Notes: a model not told the origin generated them from the letters alone. Positions 39,330 through 49,937 are shown, counted from the first letter of the stretch. The stretch: 64,000 bases of DNA from an uncultured delta proteobacterium (GCA_963817385.1 CAWFOM010000008.1:172127-236126), one strand, 5' to 3'. A program made the numbers and translations.

Positions 39330-40920
39330 CGAGAAACTCCGCGGCCCGGATACCGTCGAGGGCGGAGCTGATGATTCCCCCCGCGTAACCGGCCCCTTCG
39401 CCGCAGGGAAAGAGACCCGCCGCGGTAACACTCTGACCGTTGTCAGCCCGGATGATCCGGACCGGGGAAGAGGTCCTCGTCTCCACGCCGATGAGCGTCG
39501 CCTCCCCGGTGATAAACCCCGGCATCTTCCGTTCGAACTCGCCAAAACCCCGTTTCAGGGCCGCGACGACAAACGGGGGAAGGACGTCCCGCATCTCCGC
39601 TTCCCGGACACCCGGGAGATAGCTGCACCGCGCAATGGATGAACGCTGCCTGCCCGCCATAAATGCGGTCAACTGCTGAACCGGGGCGCAGTAGTTTCCG
39701 CCTCCGGCCAGGAAGGCCTGTTCCTCCCAACGCCTGCGAAACACGAGCCCCGCCAGAGGACCGTCGCCCTCCAGGTCATCGACGCGTACGTTGACGACTA
39801 CGGCGCTGTTGGCATAGGGGCTATCCCGTTGATAACGGCTCATCCCGTTGGTAATCACCCCTCCCTTCTGTGCGCTGCACCCGATCACCTGCCCGCCGGG
39901 ACACATGCAAAAGGAATAGACGAAACGGTTCATCTCCCCGATTTTGGCGGTGAGGAGATAATCCGCCGGGGGGAGGCCGGGAGAACCGGACCATTTTCCA
40001 TACTGGATCCGGTTGATGACCTCCTGCGGATGTTCGACGCGGAGCCCTACGGCAAAGGGCTTCGCCGCCATGGCAACCCCCCGCTCCTCCAGTTTCCGGT
40101 AGGTGTCGTCGGCGGTCTGACCGATAGCCAGGAGGAGATGATCCGTCCGGATCTCTTCTGAAGAATTGACAACCAACCCCGCAAGCCTCCCCCGGCGGAT
40201 GATGAAATCGGTCACCTGCGCCCCGAAACGGACCTCGCATCCCATATCGATGAGCCGGTGACGGAGATTCACCACGACCGACCGCAGACAGTCCGTCCCG
40301 ATGTGGGGCCGGGCATCAACCAGGATGTCTGCTGGCGCCCCCATATCCGCCAGGATCCGCTTGATCCAGGTAGTGTACGGGTTTTTGACCCTGCTGGTCA
40401 GTTTTCCGTCGGAAAAGGTTCCCGCCCCTCCCTCCCCGAAGTGGACGTGGCTTTCCGGATTCAGTATCCCTTCTTCCCAGAACAAACGAACATCGGCGAT
40501 CCTCTCCGGAACGGCCTTGCCCCGCTCGAGGAGGAGGACGGGCACTCCCTTCATGGCAAGAGTCAGCGCGGCAAAAAGCCCCGCCGGTCCGGAGCCTACG
40601 ACGACCGGTCTTTGCTCCGGCGGGGTGATGAATCTATCGGAAGGCGTATCCCGCGTCTCGTTTGTGAGCGACGGTTCTTCCGTCACGGTGACACCCGCTG
40701 CAATCTTCCCCACCGAAAATGGGAGGCCGTCCGGCAGCCTGACGCTCACCAGATAGACGAAGCGAGGCGGGCGGGCGCGTCGTGCGTCGATGGATCTCCG
40801 GATCACTCGGAGGTCGGTAACCGCCTCTCCCGGAACACCGAGGAGTAATGCGACCCGCAAGTTCATGAACTCCTCCCCTTCGCCGATGGAGAGCGACAGA
40901 CCGTTGATCTTCAAAACCAT
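39313..40920 (-). CDS. NAD(P)/FAD-dependent oxidoreductase (uncharacterised dehydrogenase family)
   Basis: VGSGPAGLF, FGEGGAGTFSDGKL, FCMCPGG, ETRTSSP, GEGAGYAGGI. Confidence 0.9.
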   Translation of the reverse strand: MVLKINGLSLSIGEGEEFMNLRVALLLGVPGEAVTDLRVIRRSIDARRARPPRFVYLVSVRLPDGLPFSVGKIAAGVTVTEEPSLTNETRDTPSDRFITPPEQRPVVVGSGPAGLFAALTLAMKGVPVLLLERGKAVPERIADVRLFWEEGILNPESHVHFGEGGAGTFSDGKLTSRVKNPYTTWIKRILADMGAPADILVDARPHIGTDCLRSVVVNLRHRLIDMGCEVRFGAQVTDFIIRRGRLAGLVVNSSEEIRTDHLLLAIGQTADDTYRKLEERGVAMAAKPFAVGLRVEHPQEVINRIQYGKWSGSPGLPPADYLLTAKIGEMNRFVYSFCMCPGGQVIGCSAQKGGVITNGMSRYQRDSPYANSAVVVNVRVDDLEGDGPLAGLVFRRRWEEQAFLAGGGNYCAPVQQLTAFMAGRQRSSIARCSYLPGVREAEMRDVLPPFVVAALKRGFGEFERKMPGFITGEATLIGVETRTSSPVRIIRADNGQSVTAAGLFPCGEGAGYAGGIISSALDGIRAAEFLVSSLG

Positions 40921-41022
40921 TTCAATTCCCCCATTGAAATAATCCAACCGTTGTTATAAACATCTGTCTAAATGCGGAAAACGCGGACGGCGCACAGCGC
41001 CTCCCGCTCGAAAAGGAACTCT

Positions 41023-41526
41023 ATGCCCTGGTATGCCGTCCATACGCGAAGCCGTCACGAAGACCGGGTCCATCTCGGTCTCATGCAGAAGGCCTTTCAC
41101 GCCTTTCTCCCCAAGATGGAGGTCTGGAGCCAGCGGAAAGACCGGAGGAAGAAAATCCTGATCCCCATGTTTCCCGGCTATCTCTTTGTCGAACTCTCCT
41201 CTCTGCGCAATGAAACCAGAGTGGATGTTCTCAAAACCTTCGGCGTCGTTCGGATTCTGGGGAAACCCAGGGGCGCGGAACCTCTCCCGATCCCCGATGA
41301 AAAGATCGATGCCATCCAGCGGATCGTCCAGTCGAAGGTTGAGGTACAGCAGTTCCAGTATCCGAAGGTCGGCGAACCGGCCCGGATCATCGACGGTCCT
41401 TTCAAGGGCGTTGAAGGTCTCGTCATCAGGACGGACTACGAAAAAGAACTCTTCGTGATCGCAATCGAACTTCTCCAACGCTCCGTCGCGATCAAATTGG
41501 AAGGCTTTCAGATCGCCAGGCTCTGA
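41023..41526 (+). CDS. Specialised NusG-family antiterminator (UpxY/LoaP/RfaH-like)
   Basis: WYAVHTRSRHE, WSQRKDRRKKILIPMFPGYLFV (NGN), IIDGPFKGVEG (KOW); not in secE-rplK context. Confidence 0.88.
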   Translation: MPWYAVHTRSRHEDRVHLGLMQKAFHAFLPKMEVWSQRKDRRKKILIPMFPGYLFVELSSLRNETRVDVLKTFGVVRILGKPRGAEPLPIPDEKIDAIQRIVQSKVEVQQFQYPKVGEPARIIDGPFKGVEGLVIRTDYEKELFVIAIELLQRSVAIKLEGFQIARL

Positions 41527-41711
41527 TCTTCGCCGCTCTTCCCCCCGCGGCCACCGGCCCTTCGCAGAACGCCTCCGCTTACGCCTCTGACGGAGGAAGA
41601 AATCTCTGAGAGAATCACTACGCTATCCTGCACGATCCGGCAAAATATTTCATCCCTTTTTTCATATTTCATCTTGACTTTCTAACAGATATGCGCAAGA
41701 AAGCCCCTTGA

Positions 41712-41834
41712 CAGGCTGTTGAAAAACGCTCATCTGCTGCGTTGCGCTGCAAGCCTCATTGCTCAACGTATTTCCATATACGCTTCGCTCTTCGGTTTTT
41801 GCGCGCCTTGCATTAACCGTTTTTAAACAGCCTG
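41712..41834. mobile_element. ~123-bp MITE-like element with terminal inverted repeats (family B)
   Basis: CAGGCTGTTGAAAAACG ... CGTTTTTAAACAGCCTG (16/17 match), non-coding interior; partial relative at 18443-18487. Confidence 0.65.
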
Positions 41835-41897
41835 CAAGTTGGGTATTTTTCGACACCCTCTCAGACCGGGGAGTAACAATGTGAGGAGAAACCGCAT

Positions 41898-42110
41898 TTG
41901 AAGGGACATATCATCATCGACAAGGAACTGTGCAAGGAATGCCATCTGTGCATCCAGGCATGCAAAAAAGGTCTGATCGCCCCCTCCCAGGAGTACAATT
42001 CCCGGGGATACCGTCCGGTATGCTTCAAGGATGAGGAGGGGGAGTGCACGGGATGCACGCTGTGTGCGATCGGCTGTCCGGATATCGCGATCGAGGTTTA
42101 CCGTGAATAA
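41898..42110 (+). CDS. 2-oxoacid:ferredoxin oxidoreductase delta subunit (2x[4Fe-4S])
   Basis: [11 protein letters not shown] and [15 protein letters not shown] start with GAGGAG SD. Confidence 0.9.
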   Translation: MKGHIIIDKELCKECHLCIQACKKGLIAPSQEYNSRGYRPVCFKDEEGECTGCTLCAIGCPDIAIEVYRE

Positions 42111-43181
42111 AGTGCTGATGCAGGGAAACAGGGTCATCGGAGAGGCCGCCATCCGGGCGGGTTGCCGCTTTTATGCCGGCTATCCCATCACCCCGCAGAA
42201 CGAAATCCCGGAATACATGGCGGACCGTTTGCGACAGGTGGAGGGCGGAGTCTTCATCCAGTCGGAGAGCGAGATCGCGGCCATCCACATGGTGATCGGG
42301 GCAAGCGCCGCCGGCGCCCGTTCCATGACCTCATCGTCGAGCCCGGGGATCTCCCTCAAGCAGGAGGGGATCTCCTCCCTGGCGGCCTGCCAGCTTCCCG
42401 CCGTCATCGTCAACATGATGCGGGGGGGACCAGGACTGGGAAACATCTCCCCGGCCCAGGGGGACTACTTTCAGGCCACGCGGGGAGGCGGCCACGGGGA
42501 CTACCGGGTCATCGTCCTCGGTCCGGCCACGGCACAGGAACTGGCGGACCTGACCATGGACGCCTTTGATCTCGCCGACCAGTACCGGACACCGGTCATG
42601 ATCCTGGCCGACGGCATGATGGGCCAGATGATGGAGCCGGTGATCTTCAAGGAGCCCAAGCCGAGGAGCTATCCGGAATGCTACGTCATGAAAGGCGCCG
42701 TCTACGGGGAAGAGCAAGATCATCCGGGGGCTGATCCTCGATCCCCTGGAGATGGAGGAGCACAACTGGACGCTGGAGCGGAAATACCAGGTGATCGCCC
42801 AGCGGGAAACCCGTCATGAGCTTTACCAGGCGGATGACGCGGAGATTGATCCTCGTCGCCTACGGAACGGGCGCCCGGATCGCCAAAGGCGCCATCAAGC
42901 GGCTGCGCGAGGCGGGCATCAAGGCCGGCCTTTTCCGACCGATCACTCTCTGGCCCTTCCCGACGAATGAACTCCGCGATCTGGCAAAGAAGATAGAAAA
43001 TTATCTCGTCTTCGAGTTGAGCACCGGTCAGATGCTGGAGGATGTGAGGCTGGCCCTCCAGGGGTATGCCCGGATCGGCTTCCACGGCCGTCCCGGCGGG
43101 GTGGTTCCGACCCCCGTAGAGCTTGCCAACGTCATCATGCGTCAATATGACCGGAAGCAGGGGATTATCGAAAACAATTAA
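42103..43181 (+). CDS. vorB: 2-oxoacid:ferredoxin oxidoreductase alpha subunit, VorB-like (frameshifts near 42705 and 42848)
   Basis: [45 protein letters not shown]; tail [15 protein letters not shown] in later frames. Confidence 0.85.
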
Positions 43182-43241
43182 TCGGCCGCCCGCAGGCCGT
43201 CGCCGGCGAACGGCAGGGACAAGGGTGATAAGGACAGTGCA

Positions 43242-44024
43242 ATGAAGAAGGTTTTTGGCAGACCCGAAAGCATGAAGAACACCATCTTTCACTACTGTGC
43301 GGGATGCGGTCACAGCATCGCCCATCGGCTGATCGCCGAGGTGATCGATGAGATGGATATCCGGGGAATCACGATCGGCGTCCCGCCGGCGGGATGCGCC
43401 GTGCTGGCCTACAACTATTTCGATGTCGACATGATCGAAGCGCAGCACGGCCGGGGACCGGCCACGGCCACCGGGATCAAGCGGGTCCTCCCGGACCGCG
43501 TCGTCTTTTCCTACCAGGGGGACGGCGACCTCGCCGCCATCGGCATCGCGGAGAGTTTCCACGCCGCCAACCGGGGGGAAAACATCACCGTCATCTTCAT
43601 CAACAACGCCGTTTACGGCATGACCGGCGGACAGATGGCCCCGACCTCCATGCTGGGTCAGAAGACCACGACCTCGCCGGAGGGGCGGGAATCGCTCCTG
43701 GACGGCCATCCGATCCGGATCTCCGAGGTCTTTTCCCTGCTTCCGGGAACGGCCTACATCGAACGCTGCACGGTCAACTCCCCGGCCAGCATCCTGAAGA
43801 CGAAGAAATCGATCCGCAAGGCCTTCCAGTACCAGATCGACGGCCTCGGCTTTTCGCTGGTCGAGATCCTCTCCCCCTGTCCGACGAACTGGAAGATGAC
43901 GCCGATCGAGTCCTGCCGGTGGATCGACGAGGTGATGAGCAAGGTATTCCCCCTTGGCGTCCTGAAGGACGTCCCGGCGGCTTCAACGGAAGAGAAGAAA
44001 GGGGGGGAACGCCATGATGGTTAA
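43242..44024 (+). CDS. 2-oxoacid:ferredoxin oxidoreductase beta (TPP-binding) subunit
   Basis: YCAGCGH, YQGDGD..NNAVYGMTGGQ, LSPCPTNW. Confidence 0.92.
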   Translation: MKKVFGRPESMKNTIFHYCAGCGHSIAHRLIAEVIDEMDIRGITIGVPPAGCAVLAYNYFDVDMIEAQHGRGPATATGIKRVLPDRVVFSYQGDGDLAAIGIAESFHAANRGENITVIFINNAVYGMTGGQMAPTSMLGQKTTTSPEGRESLLDGHPIRISEVFSLLPGTAYIERCTVNSPASILKTKKSIRKAFQYQIDGLGFSLVEILSPCPTNWKMTPIESCRWIDEVMSKVFPLGVLKDVPAASTEEKKGGERHDG

Positions 44025-44560
44025 AACCATATTCTCCGGTTTCGGCGGCCAGGGGGTGCTCATGATGGGCTACACGCTGGCCCACGGCGCGATGAGCGCC
44101 GGGTATCACGTGACCTTTCTGCCGGCCTACGGGGCGGAGGTCCGGGGCGGAACGGCCAACTGCACCGTCGCCGTCTCGGACGACGAGATCGCCTCGCCCA
44201 TCGCCTCGAAACCGGACTATCTCGTCGTCCTGAACACCCCCTCGCTCTACACGTTTCAGAACCGCGTGGCGCCCGGGCGGTTCCCTTTTTCTGAATTCCT
44301 CCATCATCGCCGTCGACCCCTCCCGCCACGACGTCCAGATCTTCAAGATCCCCTCCTCGGAGATGGCCGAAAAACTGGGGAATCCGCGAACGGCCAATAC
44401 CGTCATGATGGGGGCGTTCCTGAAGAAGACCGGTCTGGTGCCGCCCGACATCTTCCTGAGCAGCATGGAAGAGGTCATGGGAAGCAAGAAGAAATCGATC
44501 ATCGAGATCAACCGCAAGGCCTTTTCGGCCGGCTTTCATTTCTTTGAGGAGTCGATCTGA
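44014..44560 (+). CDS. 2-oxoacid:ferredoxin oxidoreductase gamma subunit (frameshift near 44276)
   Basis: GFGGQGV, PAYGAEVRGGTANC; C-terminal ANTVMMGA..NRKAF in next frame. Confidence 0.88.
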
Positions 44561-44561
44561 C

Positions 44562-44990
44562 ATGGCAGTCAAGCAAATCTCCGTCCTCCTGGGCAATGTA
44601 CCGGGCACCCTCTCCCGGCTGACGAATATCCTCGACAAGGAAGACATCACGGCAAAGGCCCTGCTCGCCGCCAGCGCCGCGGAAAGCAGCACCGTGCGGA
44701 TGGTCGTCAACGACCCGGAACGGGCGGCGGCGATCCTGGAGAGTTTCCGTTTCAATTACGAGATAACCCCGGTCCTCGCCGCCGAGGTGCCGCTTCATCC
44801 CGGCGGGATGAATGCCATCCTCAACCCCCTGTCGAAGGCGGAGATCAATATCCACTATCTCTATACGACGATCAACCGGATCGGCAAGGAGACGATCGTC
44901 ATCCTCGGGGTGGACAAGATCGACGAAGCGCGGGAGGTTCTCCTGCGGAACTGGATACACCTGATCGAGGATGAGATCTATTCCCTCTGA
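44562..44990 (+). CDS. Tandem ACT-domain protein
   Basis: KQISVLLGNVPGTL, VLAAEVPLHPGGM, INIHYLY. Confidence 0.85.
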   Translation: MAVKQISVLLGNVPGTLSRLTNILDKEDITAKALLAASAAESSTVRMVVNDPERAAAILESFRFNYEITPVLAAEVPLHPGGMNAILNPLSKAEINIHYLYTTINRIGKETIVILGVDKIDEAREVLLRNWIHLIEDEIYSL

Positions 44991-45396
44991 TGATCATTTC
45001 TCAGGAAAAAGAAACTGCGCTCCGCGAGCGGATGGAACGCCTCGGCGTCCGGGAGGAGGAATTCCGCGAAACCTTCATCCGCTCTTCCGGCCCCGGCGGC
45101 CAGAAGGTCAACAAGACCTCGTCCTGCGTCTACCTCGTCCATCTGCCGACCGGCCTTTCCGTAAAATGCCAGCAGGAGAGATCGCAGACGCTGAACCGAT
45201 TTCTCGCCCGGCGTCTGCTCCTCGACCGGATCGAGCGGCTCCGGACGGGGCTCATCGCGCGGAGAAGACGCGGGTCGAAAAGATCCGGCGGCAGAAAAGG
45301 CGCCGTTCCCGGCGGGCAAAGGAGAAGACCCTGGAGGCGAAGCACCTCCAGTCCGAAAAGAAGGCCCTCCGCACCCGTATCGGCCCGGACGAGTAA
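44990..45396 (+). CDS. Peptide chain release factor-like ribosome rescue hydrolase (ArfB/YaeJ-like; frameshift near 45258)
   Basis: FIRSSGPGGQKVNKTSS, CQQERSQTLNR; basic C-terminal tail KIRRQKRRRSRRAK in adjacent frame. Confidence 0.8.
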
Positions 45397-45402
45397 CAAG
45401 AC

Positions 45403-45453
45403 AAAAAAAGGGAGGGAAAGTCGTGGTGTTCGCTTTCCTCTCCCTGATTTTTT
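45403..45453. terminator. Bidirectional terminator between arfB-like gene and atpE
   Basis: A7-GGGAGGGAAAG...CTTTCCTCTCCCT-T run. Confidence 0.65.
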
Positions 45454-45472
45454 ATAATACCGGGATTAACCG

Positions 45473-45847
45473 TTACGAAAGGCCAATCACCTTGAGGAGC
45501 GGATTGGCGTAAAGGACGACCAGCGCGATGACCAGCGCGTAGATCGCCAGAGACTCGATCATGGCGAGACCCACCATCATGGTGATCAGGATCTTTCCCT
45601 GCGCCTCGGGATTCCGGCCGACGGCGTTGGCGGCGCTGCTCAACCCGTTGCCCATGCCCAACCCGGTCCCGATCGTCCCCAGGGCCATGACCAGTGCCGC
45701 AGCCAGGATGCTGCAGGCGACGACGATGGCCTTCGTATAATCGACCGGGACGCCGGGAGCTGCCGCCTCGGCGGCCGCCGCCGCGACCGAGGCCGCCGAC
45801 AGAACCGCAAAGACCGTAAGAACACCCACACTAAAAGACCGTTTCAT
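45473..45847 (-). CDS. atpE: ATP synthase Fo subunit c with N-terminal signal-like extension
   Basis: SD AGGAGG; GTGLGMG, GRNPEA, GLAMIESLAIYAL, LYANP. Confidence 0.95.
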   Translation of the reverse strand: MKRSFSVGVLTVFAVLSAASVAAAAAEAAAPGVPVDYTKAIVVACSILAAALVMALGTIGTGLGMGNGLSSAANAVGRNPEAQGKILITMMVGLAMIESLAIYALVIALVVLYANPLLKVIGLS

Positions 45848-45998
45848 ACTGTACCTCCTTCGATTGATGTGATTGATCAACGACCGGAAAGAATTCACCT
45901 ACTTTCCCGGGATGCTTCGCCTCTTGTCGAAAAGGGTGTTCCTCCGGCCGTTCCATAGTGATTACGGGCAGAAAACCCTCCTGTTTTCACAAGATGCA

Positions 45999-46027
45999 CT
46001 TTTAGCGGCCAGGGAAACGCTTGTCAA
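45999..46027 (-). promoter_or_regulatory. Putative sigma70 promoter of atpE
   Basis: TTGACA-N17-TAAAAG. Confidence 0.5.
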
Positions 46028-46155
46028 GAAATATTTGGTATCGCCCCGATGGTTTGTGGTATAGGAGACCTCGTCAAATACGCGATGAGGTCACCTGCTT
46101 CAAAGCACTCAGAAGCGTCGAGAGATTCAAAAAAGCAGCAGGGAGTATTTTTACC

Positions 46156-47428
46156 ATGGAGATGAAGAATCTGTTTGCGGAGGCGCAGAAGATCATCCCG
46201 GGAGGGGTCAACAGCCCCGTCCGGGCCTTTCGGTCCGTCGGCGGAACGCCCCGGTTCATCCGGGAAGCCGCCGGGGCAAGGGTGATCGATGCGGAGGGGA
46301 GAGAGTATATCGACTATGTCGCCTCCTGGGGCCCCATGATCCTCGGCCACAGCCACCCGGAGGTCGTCGCGGCGATCCGGGAAGCGGCCGGCCGGGGGAC
46401 CAGTTACGGGGCGCCGACCGAGAGCGAGATCGGCATGGCCCAGCGGATCGTGGCCGCCTTTCCCGCCATCGAGATGGTCCGGATGGTGAGCTCCGGAACC
46501 GAGGCGACCATGACCGCCATCCGCCTCGCCCGCGGTTATACGGGACGGGAGAAGATCATCAAATTCACGGGCTGCTACCACGGCCATGCCGATTCGCTCC
46601 TCGTGAAAGCGGGCTCGGGGGTGGCCACGCTCGGGATACCCGGAAGCCCCGGCGTTCCCCGGGGGCTGGCCGAACTGACGATCTCCCTGCCGTACAACGA
46701 CACCGCTGCGGTCCGCGATGCTGTTCACCGCTACGGCGAGGATCTGGCCTGCATCATCGTCGAGCCGGTGGCCGGCAACATGGGGGTGGTTCTCCCCCAA
46801 CCGGGATTCCTCGAAACGCTGCGGGAGGTTGCCGGCGATCACGGCATCGTCCTGATCTTCGACGAGGTGATCACGGGATTCCGCGTTGCGTACGGCGGTT
46901 GGCAGAACCTGGCCGGCATCACCCCCGATCTTACCTGTCTCGGCAAGATCATCGGGGGAGGTCTCCCCGTCGGCGCCGTCGGCGGCCGCCGGGAGATCAT
47001 GGAACATCTTGCCCCCCTGGGACCCGTTTACCAGGCGGGAACCCTCTCGGGGAACCCCCTCGCCATGGCCGCCGGGATCGCCACACTCGACATCCTCCGG
47101 CAGAAATCCTATGCGGATCTCGAAAAAATGACCGTGGAGCTCTGCAGCGGATACCAGGCGCTCTTCTCCGGAAAAGGGACTCCCTGTCCGGATCAACCGC
47201 GTCGGCTCGATGTTCACCCTGTTTTTTACCGCGGATGAGGTGACGGACTTCGCGTCGGCTTCCCGGAGCGATACGGAACGCTTTGCCCGTTTCTTCCAGG
47301 GGATGCTCGACGCGGGGATCTATCTCGCCCCCGCCCAGTTCGAGGCCGGCTTCGTCTCCTTCGCCCATACGGTCGATGACATCGATCGGACGCTCGATGC
47401 CTGCGGGAAGGTCCTCGAAGCGCTGTAG
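46156..47428 (+). CDS. hemL: Glutamate-1-semialdehyde 2,1-aminomutase (frameshift near 47170)
   Basis: [53 protein letters not shown]-terminus in next frame. Confidence 0.95.
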
Positions 47429-47445
47429 AACACGAAGGAGATTTC

Positions 47446-48456
47446 ATGCGGAAGATCCTCGTAACGGGTGCAGCCGGTTTCATCGGCTTCCATCTCTCCC
47501 AGCGGCTTCTCGGCGGGGGAGACGCCGTGGTCGGTCTCGATAACCTGAACCCCTACTACGACGTCACCCTGAAGGAGGCGCGCCTCGCCCTTCTGGAGAA
47601 GCACGGTAACTTCCGCTTCGTCCGGGCCGACCTTGCCGACCGGCGGGCTATGGAAGCGGTTTTTGAAGAGGAACGGCCCGAGATCGTCGTCAATCTCGCC
47701 GCCCAGGCGGGCGTCCGCTACTCGCTCGAAAACCCCCACGCCTACGTGGAGAGCAACCTCGTCGGCTTCCTGAACGTCCTTGAGGGATGCCGCCATCAGG
47801 GGGTGAAGCACTGCGTCTTTGCCTCCTCCAGTTCGGTATACGGGGCCAACACCCGGATGCCCTTTTCCGTCCACGACAACGTGGACCATCCGCTCAGCCT
47901 CTATGCGGCGACGAAAAAGGCCAACGAACTGATGGCCCACACCTATGCCGCCCTCTACCGTCTCCCCTGCACGGGGCTCCGCTTCTTCACCGTCTACGGC
48001 CCCTGGGGGAGGCCGGACATGGCGCTGTTCCTCTTCACCCGGGCGATCCTGGAAGACCGGCCGATCGACGTCTTCAACGAAGGGCGGATGAAGCGGGACT
48101 TTACCTATATCGACGACATCGTGGAGGGGCTCGTCCGCGTCATGGGGCGGCCCCCGGCGCCCGACCCCGCCTGGAGCGGCGATCATCCCGATCCCTCCTC
48201 CAGCTTTGCGCCCTACCGTATCTACAATATCGGGAACAACCAGCCCGTCGCCCTGATGGATTTCATCACGACCCTGGAGGGCCATCTCGGTCGAACGGCG
48301 AAGAAGAACTTCCTCCCTCTGCAGGCGGGGGATGTACCGGCCACCTTTGCCGACGTGGACGACCTCATGGCCGACGTGGGTTTCAAACCCGCGACGTCCA
48401 TCGCCGAAGGGATCGGACGGTTCGTGGCCTGGTACCGGAACTATTACGGCCGGTGA
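47446..48456 (+). CDS. NAD-dependent epimerase, UDP-glucuronate 4-epimerase type
   Basis: [44 protein letters not shown]. Confidence 0.92.
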   Translation: MRKILVTGAAGFIGFHLSQRLLGGGDAVVGLDNLNPYYDVTLKEARLALLEKHGNFRFVRADLADRRAMEAVFEEERPEIVVNLAAQAGVRYSLENPHAYVESNLVGFLNVLEGCRHQGVKHCVFASSSSVYGANTRMPFSVHDNVDHPLSLYAATKKANELMAHTYAALYRLPCTGLRFFTVYGPWGRPDMALFLFTRAILEDRPIDVFNEGRMKRDFTYIDDIVEGLVRVMGRPPAPDPAWSGDHPDPSSSFAPYRIYNIGNNQPVALMDFITTLEGHLGRTAKKNFLPLQAGDVPATFADVDDLMADVGFKPATSIAEGIGRFVAWYRNYYGR

Positions 48457-48558
48457 GAGGCCTGATCCGTTTCAAGGCGGATCAGGATATCCAACGGAAA
48501 GACGAGGCATGTCGCCTAAAAGACGCGACAACCCATTGAAGACCATTCTCTTTTTCAG

Positions 48559-48587
48559 TTGACTTCAGAACCCGCTTGTGTTAAAAG
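48559..48587 (+). promoter_or_regulatory. Putative sigma70 promoter of atpZ-atpI-atpB
   Basis: TTGACT-N17-TAAAAG ending 7 nt before the GTG start. Confidence 0.55.
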
Positions 48588-48594
48588 GCGCGCG

Positions 48595-48879
48595 GTGGAC
48601 AAGGAGACGAAGCAAACCGTAATCCAGATGGCGTCCGTGAGCAGCATCGGCATCGCCATGGTCCTCGCCATATTCGGCTGCTTCTTCCTCGGGAGATGGC
48701 TGGACCGGCAACTGGGAACGGAACCCTATTTGACGCTCCTTTTTCTGCTGATAGGGATTGCCGCCGGTTTCAGGAATATGTATGTCCTGATCAAGAGGTA
48801 CCTCAAGGACGATAAACCGATCATCACGCAGGGTAAAAGTGAACCTCAGAGAAAAAGACCCCCTCCAAAAAAGACTTGA
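48595..48879 (+). CDS. AtpZ/AtpI family protein (ATPase gene 1)
   Basis: SSIGIAM...GRWLDRQLGTEP...GIAAGFRN; GTG start. Confidence 0.88.
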   Translation: MDKETKQTVIQMASVSSIGIAMVLAIFGCFFLGRWLDRQLGTEPYLTLLFLLIGIAAGFRNMYVLIKRYLKDDKPIITQGKSEPQRKRPPPKKT

Positions 48880-49234
48880 GATCACGAATTGGATCATCCT
48901 GACGGCACTGGTTGCCGGGAGTCTTCTCCTCGGATCCGCCCGTTTCAGCCTCGGCGTCCTCTGCGGGGGGCTCATCAGCGTCGTCAATTTTCACTGGCTT
49001 TACCGCAACCTCCTGAGCGTCTTTACGAACGACTTCACCAGGGCGAAAAGCGCACTCATGATCCGCTATTATATCCGCCTGGCCCTAACCGCATTCGTCC
49101 TGTACTGGGTCATCTCCGGCAGGCACGTCGACGTGATCGGTCTCGTCATCGGCCTTTCTATCGTCTTTATGAACATCGTCCTTACGACCATCCTGGTCCT
49201 GTCTAAAAAAAAATGCATTGAGGAGGTCCGATAG
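48839..49234 (+). CDS. atpI: ATP synthase subunit I
   Basis: Four hydrophobic segments, GGLISVVNF, GLVIGLS; precedes atpB. Confidence 0.85.
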   Translation: MNLREKDPLQKRLEITNWIILTALVAGSLLLGSARFSLGVLCGGLISVVNFHWLYRNLLSVFTNDFTRAKSALMIRYYIRLALTAFVLYWVISGRHVDVIGLVIGLSIVFMNIVLTTILVLSKKKCIEEVR

Positions 49235-49237
49235 AAG

Positions 49238-49903
49238 GTGGAACCGTTACTATTCTTTGAAACCCACTGGCTGCACGAACATCATCTCGTCGTCGTAACC
49301 TACACGTGGTTCGTCATGGCGATGCTCGCCCTCTTCTCCTTCCTGGCCACCCGTCGGCTGAACATCCTTCCGGGCGGTTTTCAGAACGTCATGGAGGTGA
49401 TCATCGAGGGGTTCGACAATCTGCTCGTCGAAACGATGGGGCCGGAGGGGCGGAAGTTCTTCCCCCTGATCGCGACACTGGGGCTTTACATCCTCACCTC
49501 GAACCTCCTCGGGCTCATCCCGGGATTCGAATCCCCAACGTCGAACCTCAATACGACAGGTTCTATGGCCGTCGTGGTCTTCGTCATGACCCACGTGGTC
49601 GGGATCAGGATCCACGGCATCAAGTACGTCAAACATTTCCTCGGACCGATCTGGTGGCTTGCGCCGCTCATGCTTGTGCTGGAGATCGTCAGCCACCTCG
49701 CCCGTCTCATTTCCCTCTCTGTTCGGTTGTTCGGGAATATCATGGGGGAGGACAAAGTCCTGGCGGTCGTCGTTCTGCTGGTCCCTTTTCTGGTCCCCTT
49801 GCCGGTCTTCGTCCTGATGATCTTTACTTCCTTCATCCAGACCATCGTCTTCATGCTCCTCGCGATGATGTACATCGCCGGGGCGATGCAAGAGGCCCAC
49901 TGA
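49238..49903 (+). CDS. atpB: ATP synthase Fo subunit a
   Basis: [34 protein letters not shown]. Confidence 0.97.
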   Translation: MEPLLFFETHWLHEHHLVVVTYTWFVMAMLALFSFLATRRLNILPGGFQNVMEVIIEGFDNLLVETMGPEGRKFFPLIATLGLYILTSNLLGLIPGFESPTSNLNTTGSMAVVVFVMTHVVGIRIHGIKYVKHFLGPIWWLAPLMLVLEIVSHLARLISLSVRLFGNIMGEDKVLAVVVLLVPFLVPLPVFVLMIFTSFIQTIVFMLLAMMYIAGAMQEAH

Positions 49904-49908
49904 ACCCA

Positions 49909-49937
49909 AAACGGGAGGCGCCTCAAGCCTCCCGTTT
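49909..49937 (+). terminator. Intrinsic terminator after atpB
   Basis: AAACGGGAGGC...GCCTCCCGTTT. Confidence 0.7.

Noticed and set aside
45240..45280. Programmed frameshift in the release-factor-like gene (as in prfB)
   Set aside because: No CTT-TGA slippery site or internal SD; matches the background indel pattern.
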